The notes beneath the pieces are model-generated. The model saw only the letters and a list, made by a program, of their open reading frames with translations. It ran no database searches and was not told where the DNA came from. From an archaeon (GTDB taxonomy: Archaea; Nanobdellota; Nanobdellia; Pacearchaeales; GW2011-AR1): 64,000 nt of DNA. Made by a program: the position numbers and the translations under genes. Shown here in pieces: positions 57,728-64,000 of the stretch. The stretch spans positions 32,001-96,000 of the forward strand of contig JBDRNU010000015.1 in NCBI GenBank assembly GCA_043810775.1, read 5' to 3'. How positions within the stretch are numbered: the first letter of the stretch is position 1; each line of letters begins with the position of its first letter.

Positions 57728-58300
57728 TTAAACTCCTAAAACTTTGTAAATAAATGCATCACTTGCTCTTAATATCTCTGAGCTCGGAGCATTTATAAGT
57801 ATACAATTTTCTTCCTTGCTAATCTCAATATTTTCACTGTATTTAATAATTATTATATTATCTGTACAGTTTTTATAAGGTAAATCCTCAGTGCAATTCT
57901 CAAAAAAGCAAACATCTTGTGTTTTATCTATAAAAAATTTCATATTCTGGTATATTTCAGATTTGGCAAGGCTATTTTCTGATGCAAAATAAAGATTTTT
58001 TCCAGTGTAGCTTTCTAATCTTACTATAGGTATAGTAATATTTTCTGTTTCTTCAGGATTATATCTTGTATAAAATTCATTGTCATTTTTAGAAAAATAC
58101 CAGTAGTTATTTTCTAACCTGAGGAACTCAACCCCATTTAAAGTCAGCTTATTATCTGTATCCTCACTATCTTCTCCAGTATTATAAAAAGCATATCCTG
58201 CAGTGCTGATTATTAAGATAATAACCATAAAAATCCCCAAAGCTATTTTCTTTATATTATCAGACTTTGCTTTTGAGTCCTTGGTCTCTATTTTTCTCAT
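57728..58300 (-). CDS. Hypothetical membrane-anchored protein (paralog of 57031-57726)
   Basis: N-terminal TM, NGVEF, RYNP, four Cys. Confidence 0.75.
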   Translation of the reverse strand: MRKIETKDSKAKSDNIKKIALGIFMVIILIISTAGYAFYNTGEDSEDTDNKLTLNGVEFLRLENNYWYFSKNDNEFYTRYNPEETENITIPIVRLESYTGKNLYFASENSLAKSEIYQNMKFFIDKTQDVCFFENCTEDLPYKNCTDNIIIIKYSENIEISKEENCILINAPSSEILRASDAFIYKVLGV

Positions 58301-58346
58301 TAAATACTGTAAAAATCAAAGTTTAAAATACTTACTACTAGACATC

Positions 58347-58382
58347 AAAAAAAAAGAAAAAGGAAAGAAAAAATAAAAAAAT
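58347..58382 (-). terminator. Oligo-T terminator after S-layer gene
   Basis: Several T5-T9 runs on the minus strand 13-48 nt after the stop. Confidence 0.55.
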
Positions 58383-58394
58383 TGGTTTTCAAGT

Positions 58395-60845
58395 CTAAGC
58401 TTCTGATGTAACTAAATCTGCAGATGTTGCAGAAGTACCCTTATATTTAGTACCTTCATCAGTTGTCACGGTTTGAGTTGTAACGTACTTAGCTGCATTT
58501 TGCGTATCTGCAGCCTCAAAACCAGCAACAAGCATTGCTACCTTATCAGCGTTGTAAGGTGATGCTGCTACTTCAATAAGGAATTCACCTGAAGCTACAC
58601 CAGTTTCAGTTGTCCAAGCTTCTCCACATATTGCAGATTCACTACCAAGCATTTTTGCGGCTGCTGCGTTTACACAGCTTCCACCAATAACAATCAGGTT
58701 CTTGCCTGAAACCTGGCTTACTTCACTGTCTGAGACAGTTACTGAACCAAGCTCACTTACTGAACCGCCAGTGCTTCCACTAGTTCCTCCACTAAGTGAT
58801 GCTGATGGTGATGCTAAGAAAACGTCTGCATACGATTGACTTCCAGCATAAGTTAAAGTTAACTTGTACTGGTCTCCTGATTTATCCCATTCAGCTAAGG
58901 TAGATAAATCAGATATGACATGACCCATATGATTGTCAGTGTCATCATCTTCAAACGTATTACCTCCAGACCACTCTGCTTGCACATTGCTTACATAAAC
59001 TTTGTTGTCTGTTGTGTCATCAAATGTAACATTAATAAGGTCTCCCTTAGCAATGTTTCCATCTTTGTCCTCTTCTTGTAAGCGTAGTGTATAAGTGTTA
59101 AATCCACAAGCTGCAGTACTCAACCATGCTCCTTTGTTAGTATCACTTGTATTAATAGCTCCATATCCACAAGAAGAATTAGCTTGTGTAAATGGTAACC
59201 AAATTACTAATCCACCTGCAGTGTAAAGTTGATGAAAGCTTCCACCTCCACCGACAGAAACATTTACCCATTTACTGTCCCCTAATTTTTCAATAGAGTT
59301 AACAGTTAAGACAACATTTCCTACATCACAAGTGTCACTTGCAGACAAGTCTGTACATATATTCTGACCTGTAACTTGGTCCTTAATAGTAGTCTTGTTT
59401 GCATTGTCCTTTGTGGTTACAGTTGCAGATAACAAGTGAGATTCACCCTCAGTTGTAGAGTTCCATGAAACTACAAATTGTTCGTCATTATTAGTGATAT
59501 TAAATAATATAGAATTGGCACTTGAAGTAACTAATTTGTTACTTGAGTCCTTTCCTATACCTCCAAAATCACCTGTAGAGTTTGCGTAAAGCAAATCTAT
59601 TGTAGCATCACCACTCTTTATTGGAGCTCTTAATTGAAGATAGTCATTTGCACCTGCTTTAATACTAACTTCTTCTGCTGCTGGAATAAAAAATTCACCC
59701 ATAGTGAACTTTACTGCTTCGAAACCAGGCATTGTAAGGTCAGTATCAGCTGCAATAAACTCTTCTTCATCTAAAGTCCAAACTATAACTATTTTGTCAA
59801 TAGTTTGTGCTCCTCCACTGGTTGATCCTCTGTCTATATAAGCTGTTAAGTCTTGGATGTCATCGTCATTTAGTTCAACTTTTTGGCCGTTTTCTAATAT
59901 AAGCTTTCCAGCTCCTATTGAAAACTCAACTGAACTAATACCTGTATCTTTGGCATTATACATAATGTCTTTGATACCCACATAACTACCATCTTTTAAC
60001 TTGTAAGTTCCACCTTCAGCCATAGAATTTGTGGATTCTCCATCAACACTTAACTTGACTTCTGTTGAACTAATAAACACTATCTGGACGTCATTATAAG
60101 TTTTACTGCCAGCAGTTACACTTATTGTTTCGCCCTCTGTTAGTTGTGCTGTATTAGCTGAGTCAAGGAAGGTCAACTTTATATTTGAGTTATTAAGTGC
60201 TGTAAGGATATAGTAACTCTTACCAAACATCTCAATATCTGTAGTTTCAAAATCATCTAAGTGAGTTGTAGTTACAGAAGTTGTTTGTGCATTGGTAATA
60301 AAGTCAAGTGTATAGTTAAGTATGTGTCTTCCTGATGCAATCTTCATACCTACAGTTGGTGTGTCTACTTTGTAGTCATCATCTGAAAAAAAGGACAAGT
60401 TTAGGTTTAGTCCTAGTTTTATTCTTTGTGTATATTTGTAGTCTGTATTGTCATCATTGGTATAAGTTCCATCAGCTAAAAGTACTGGTAAATGTTCGTC
60501 ACTCACTGTTGTAACAAATACATCTGCTACTGAGTCTCCCATATTAAGCCTATCGCTAGATCTGTCCAATCTGATAGAATCTCCACCAGATGCAACTACT
60601 CCACTAGCTGTGCTTCCGCCTTGAGCAGTTTGTGATGCTAGATGGAACTGTAAGTTCTGACCAACATCAACTGCAGCAGAAAGATCTGTTATAGCGGCAG
60701 TGGCTCCATGGACAATAGCGACATCAGCGCCTCCTCCTGATACAAAAGGGGCAGGGTAACTTGCAGCTGCTGCAATTCCAACAGTGCTTCCAAGCATTAC
60801 TACGCTCGCTACTACTGATGCGACTTTCCTGAAATTAAATTTCAT
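58395..60845 (-). CDS. Major S-layer protein (Methanococcales-type N and C domains)
   Basis: RKVAS..AS..MLG.T signal, YPAPFV, D...A.D, C-terminal NLIVIGG.CVN and LVAG..A.DT..AA; AGGAGGT SD. Confidence 0.9.
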   Translation of the reverse strand: MKFNFRKVASVVASVVMLGSTVGIAAAASYPAPFVSGGGADVAIVHGATAAITDLSAAVDVGQNLQFHLASQTAQGGSTASGVVASGGDSIRLDRSSDRLNMGDSVADVFVTTVSDEHLPVLLADGTYTNDDNTDYKYTQRIKLGLNLNLSFFSDDDYKVDTPTVGMKIASGRHILNYTLDFITNAQTTSVTTTHLDDFETTDIEMFGKSYYILTALNNSNIKLTFLDSANTAQLTEGETISVTAGSKTYNDVQIVFISSTEVKLSVDGESTNSMAEGGTYKLKDGSYVGIKDIMYNAKDTGISSVEFSIGAGKLILENGQKVELNDDDIQDLTAYIDRGSTSGGAQTIDKIVIVWTLDEEEFIAADTDLTMPGFEAVKFTMGEFFIPAAEEVSIKAGANDYLQLRAPIKSGDATIDLLYANSTGDFGGIGKDSSNKLVTSSANSILFNITNNDEQFVVSWNSTTEGESHLLSATVTTKDNANKTTIKDQVTGQNICTDLSASDTCDVGNVVLTVNSIEKLGDSKWVNVSVGGGGSFHQLYTAGGLVIWLPFTQANSSCGYGAINTSDTNKGAWLSTAACGFNTYTLRLQEEDKDGNIAKGDLINVTFDDTTDNKVYVSNVQAEWSGGNTFEDDDTDNHMGHVISDLSTLAEWDKSGDQYKLTLTYAGSQSYADVFLASPSASLSGGTSGSTGGSVSELGSVTVSDSEVSQVSGKNLIVIGGSCVNAAAAKMLGSESAICGEAWTTETGVASGEFLIEVAASPYNADKVAMLVAGFEAADTQNAAKYVTTQTVTTDEGTKYKGTSATSADLVTSEA

Positions 60846-61008
60846 TTCTTAAACCTCCTTTCAATTATAGTTAAATATCTTGCCTAACAAGATAATTTAA
60901 TAGGGTTAATTCATTACCCTGTCAGACATTATTCACTGTAGTCACCCATTAGAATGTCATCTCTGGCTAGTCTCTGATAGAAACATATAACTTTTTTTAG
61001 TTTAAAAA
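60846..61008 (-). promoter_or_regulatory. S-layer promoter and ~134-nt structured 5' UTR
   Basis: AAAGC-TTTTTAAA at 61001-61013; inverted repeats at 60871-60900, 60902-60920, 60925-60958. Confidence 0.6.
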
Positions 61009-61233
61009 GCTTTCCCTATTTTTTAACCATTCATCGTCGGCAAACGCTATCAAAACTAAGGTTTATTTATAAAGCTTTCGGTGTCACTAGTTTATTAATA
61101 CAGTTAGGAATTGGGTTCAATAGAAAGGTTTTTAAGTATATATGATTTAAGATAACATATATAGGATAAAAAAACCTATAAGTGTAAAATATAACTTATA
61201 TTTATATGTTTAGAAAAAAGGACTATAACTAAA

Positions 61234-61590
61234 ATGGCAAAGAAAAGAACACGCACTGTAAATTTATATATAACTCCTACAACTTTCTCGTCGATATTTA
61301 AGCGCATTACTGGTGAAAAGCAAGAATTTGATTTTTCTGGTATAACTGAGCTTAGACAGTGTCTTTCTAATGAAAAGGCAAAGATCTTGCACGCAATTAA
61401 AGAAAAAGAACCTGATTCAATTTACCAGTTAGCTAAGCTTCTTAATCGTGATTTCAAGTCTGTTAATAATGATGTTAAGCTTCTTAAGAATTTTGGCTTT
61501 TTAGAGTTTAAATCTGAGTTTACTGGAAAGCGCAAAAAGCTTAAACCAGAAATAGCTATTGATTCTTTAAATGTGGTTATTAACTTTTAG
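61234..61590 (+). CDS. HTH transcriptional regulator (HVO_A0114-like)
   Basis: IL..I....P.SIYQLAKLL.RDFKSV..DVKLL...G, C-terminal KP. Confidence 0.82.
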   Translation: MAKKRTRTVNLYITPTTFSSIFKRITGEKQEFDFSGITELRQCLSNEKAKILHAIKEKEPDSIYQLAKLLNRDFKSVNNDVKLLKNFGFLEFKSEFTGKRKKLKPEIAIDSLNVVINF

Positions 61591-62134
61591 TGCATACTTG
61601 CATATCAGTAATTATATCTCCAGGTGACTTATGGATAATTCCACTAGCTCCAAGAATATTACCACTGCAGTTTCCTTGTTCAATGCTGACTAGTGGATAC
61701 TCGAACTGGTCTTCTCTATAATAAATATATACTTCATAGTATTTTGTAGGTACGTCTGGCCCTATAAGCCAGGTTTCTTCTAAAATACTAGAAAACTCCT
61801 CTTCAAGCACATCGCAAGAGTCTCTATCCCCTAAACACTCTTCACCATCATAGCATTTTTTAATAAGTTTTTCTATACTAAGATACTGGGGCTCAAACCC
61901 AACTGCGCATGCAGTAGTATACATTAAAGCAGAATCTAAGAATTTATCAATTTTTTCAGATTCACTTATTTTTACATCTTTTCTAATACTCATTCCCAAG
62001 AAAATAAGGGCAACTATACTAACTATCACTATAATTAGCACAAATCCTATCATCTCTTCTTGCGAGCGCTTGCACGAGACTAATTTATTAGATGAATAAC
62101 GAGCGCAGGCGCGAGTTGAGCATTTACTTTTCAT
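61580..62134 (-). CDS. Pilin-like protein with class III signal peptide
   Basis: KRS/QEEMIGFVLIIVIV hydrophobic stretch; Cys-containing globular part. Confidence 0.65.
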   Translation of the reverse strand: MKSKCSTRACARYSSNKLVSCKRSQEEMIGFVLIIVIVSIVALIFLGMSIRKDVKISESEKIDKFLDSALMYTTACAVGFEPQYLSIEKLIKKCYDGEECLGDRDSCDVLEEEFSSILEETWLIGPDVPTKYYEVYIYYREDQFEYPLVSIEQGNCSGNILGASGIIHKSPGDIITDMQVCTKS

Positions 62135-62649
62135 TGTATTTCTACCTCATACCCTACTAATATCTTACCTATATCACATTTAGTGAAAATATAGCTTTCC
62201 TGGCTTTCTCTTCTGCATAAAGCTACAAAACTTTCTACTTTTCTCTCACTTTCAACCCTCTTATCATAAATCTTAAATAAATTACAGTTTGGGTAAGTTC
62301 CCATATCACACTCTATCTCACTAGTCTCTTGAGGGTAAACTTTTCTTATTTCAATGCTAGATATTGAACTAGGCCAAAAACCATTATAAATAGCCCTATC
62401 TTTAAGTAGAATCATTCTATCAAAATCCAAGCAATTCACCCCACAGCTAAATTCTGGAGAATTAGCAAGCATATTTACAAGCCTAATTGCCTCATTTTGA
62501 TCTAATAAGCTTGCTTTTTTATATAAGCTTGAAGTAGAGATTGTTAGATAGAATAATCCTGCAAGTATAAAAAATAACACAATAGCCATTAGCATGAAAG
62601 CCATTTGCTGTATTTTTAATTGCGAGCGTTTTTTTACACTAAATTCCAT
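62131..62649 (-). CDS. Pilin-like protein with class III signal peptide
   Basis: KKRS/QLKIQQMAFMLMAIVLFF; ATG at 62649 preferred. Confidence 0.65.
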   Translation of the reverse strand: MEFSVKKRSQLKIQQMAFMLMAIVLFFILAGLFYLTISTSSLYKKASLLDQNEAIRLVNMLANSPEFSCGVNCLDFDRMILLKDRAIYNGFWPSSISSIEIRKVYPQETSEIECDMGTYPNCNLFKIYDKRVESERKVESFVALCRRESQESYIFTKCDIGKILVGYEVEIQ

Positions 62650-63599
62650 AATAAGCACTCTCCAAAACCAGCTTTTTCTTCAATTTCCAGTGATTTATCA
62701 TATACTCCTTGAGTTTTTAGGTCTTCTGAACTTTCAACAAGCTGGGCTTTTTGAGCTAAGACTAAAAAATCACTATATAATCCAGTATGACAATCCCTAC
62801 CTTCTAAAAAATTACTTTCTTCAGCATAAAGATAAGCTAATTGTTCTGCCCTTCCCATAAGTCTCTCTACATTACACTCATATATTTCTGGGCTAGAGAA
62901 AATAGCCGCATAAAGCAGGTTTTTGTAATAATATAACTGCTCCCTATCTTTAGTTACATAACCCTCATCATAACTATCTCCTATTTTTTCTACATTAATA
63001 TCACAATCTCTGCTCCTCATTCCATTCCCAAAACAAATCTTTTTACTGTCTTCTTGGCAGGTTGCATTAATCTCTACATTTCCTAGTATAATCAGATTAT
63101 CCTCAATTTCATTAGAGGGATTTTTAAAGCAGTATTTATCAGAATACATCATTGTCAGTGAAGCTACTTTATATCCTGTTTCAAAAGGCATTGAAAACAT
63201 ATAGACTTTCTTTCCCTGAACTTCATCAGAGAAAATATATTTATTTCTTAATCTTATTTCTCCCCCAGGTTCTTGCCATTCATCTCCAACTCCGCTTTTA
63301 GTTGAGAGTGAAAATTCCTGCCAGCCAAAAGTGCCTGTTTTTTCACACTCATTAAATATTTTAGTTTCAGAATTAAAACTAATATAAGCCGTCTTTTCAG
63401 CCTCAATACTTGTTTCAAGTGGAGAGAAAATTATGCTTAGTTTTTTTGCTGTTTCTGTGTCTATTTTATACTTACTAACATGAATAAATTGAGTAGTTGT
63501 ATAAATTGCAATTGCAATTATGAAAATTCCTGCCAAAATTGCAAATATAATTGAAAAACTAAATTCAAAACCTCTTTTATTAATCATTTTAAATCTCAT
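62634..63599 (-). CDS. Pilin-like protein with class III signal peptide
   Basis: NKRG/FEFSFSIIFAILAG; Cys-rich; start may be 63587. Confidence 0.65.
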   Translation of the reverse strand: MRFKMINKRGFEFSFSIIFAILAGIFIIAIAIYTTTQFIHVSKYKIDTETAKKLSIIFSPLETSIEAEKTAYISFNSETKIFNECEKTGTFGWQEFSLSTKSGVGDEWQEPGGEIRLRNKYIFSDEVQGKKVYMFSMPFETGYKVASLTMMYSDKYCFKNPSNEIEDNLIILGNVEINATCQEDSKKICFGNGMRSRDCDINVEKIGDSYDEGYVTKDREQLYYYKNLLYAAIFSSPEIYECNVERLMGRAEQLAYLYAEESNFLEGRDCHTGLYSDFLVLAQKAQLVESSEDLKTQGVYDKSLEIEEKAGFGECLLWNLV

Positions 63600-63605
63600 C
63601 AGATG

Positions 63606-63684
63606 TCAGAAACTTTATGTTTCTGATCACTCTCAAGAACTTCTGTTCTTGAAGGTTTAAAAGACAGAAAATTATCAAATTTTC
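63606..63684. repeat. Three tandem short palindromes (REP-like)
   Basis: TCAGAAAC-5-GTTTCTGA, TCAAGAAC-4-GTTCTTGA, GAAAATT-4-AATTTTC. Confidence 0.75.
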
Positions 63685-63691
63685 CGTATTT

Positions 63692-64000
63692 TTAACAATC
63701 ACTGCCTATGCAAACTAATCTTTCATAATATCCTTTTTCAATTCTAAAACTAATTTTCGAATCAATATTTTCTATACAATATGGATTAAGCCTATTTGTA
63801 ATCTTGCTTATATTTATATCAGGAATATAATAATAAGGTAAGTTGCAAGCTTGTTCAGGAGGGTATAAGTAAACACTAGCTTCATAAATATCATATCTTT
63901 TCAATTCATCAAATATATCTTTTTTATTTGTAGAGGCTTTGCTAAAATCTACAAAGCATAAATAATCTATATCTTTTGGCATATATCCTGAGAATTCCTG
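63692..64000 (-). CDS. 3' part of a Cys-containing protein, probably another member of the pilin-like cluster
   Basis: Frame stays open to the window edge (QEFSGYMPKDIDYLCF...). Confidence 0.6.
   Translation of the reverse strand, partial: QEFSGYMPKDIDYLCFVDFSKASTNKKDIFDELKRYDIYEASVYLYPPEQACNLPYYYIPDINISKITNRLNPYCIENIDSKISFRIEKGYYERLVCIGSDC

Noticed and set aside
4685-62860. Many 60-150 aa antisense ORFs in the track (e.g. 8903, 17185, 17533, 20009, 29347, 41944, 47064, 49509, 54532, 62594)
   Set aside because: They lie opposite well-supported genes, are F/L/S/I-rich as expected from reversed Lys/Glu codons, and show no motifs
63606-63684. Possible mini CRISPR array
   Set aside because: Units are not identical, gaps are only 6-14 nt, and no cas genes are present
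1-64000. Stop-codon reassignment, programmed frameshifts, inteins, rRNA, transposases
   Set aside because: Conserved genes are intact under code 11 with TAA, TAG and TGA all used as stops; no such signatures were seen by eye

Overview
AT-rich archaeal chromosome segment from a DPANN organism, most likely Pacearchaeota (inferred from archaeal ribosomal proteins, AglB, SepF/FtsZ1, an AMP phosphorylase plus R15P isomerase pair and a small archaeosortase beside an S-layer-like gene). 1-16.2 kb is a surface-glycosylation locus that joins archaeal N-glycosylation genes (aglB, aglH-like, flippase, GT2/GT4/GT-C) to a bacterial-type ADP-heptose pathway (gmhA, gmhB, hldE, two GT9 heptosyltransferases). 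The heptose operon lacks hldD and has an uncharacterised deoxyhypusine-synthase-fold gene in its middle. 20-33.4 kb is the L3-to-SecY ribosomal superoperon, without rnp1 and adk at their usual positions. 33.4-54.3 kb holds housekeeping genes, three tRNAs (Ser with intron, an atypical Ala, Pro) and five short ORFs missed by the ORF track (Zn-ribbon, rpl40e, secE, rpoP and a 14-aa Lys-rich peptide). 54.3-64 kb is a cell-surface region with two S-layer-type genes, a sortase, a paralog pair and a pilin-like cluster. Most operon-first genes look leaderless (TATA box a constant ~29 nt before ATG). I saw no CRISPR array, rRNA or transposase. All functional calls come from motif recognition, not database searches.
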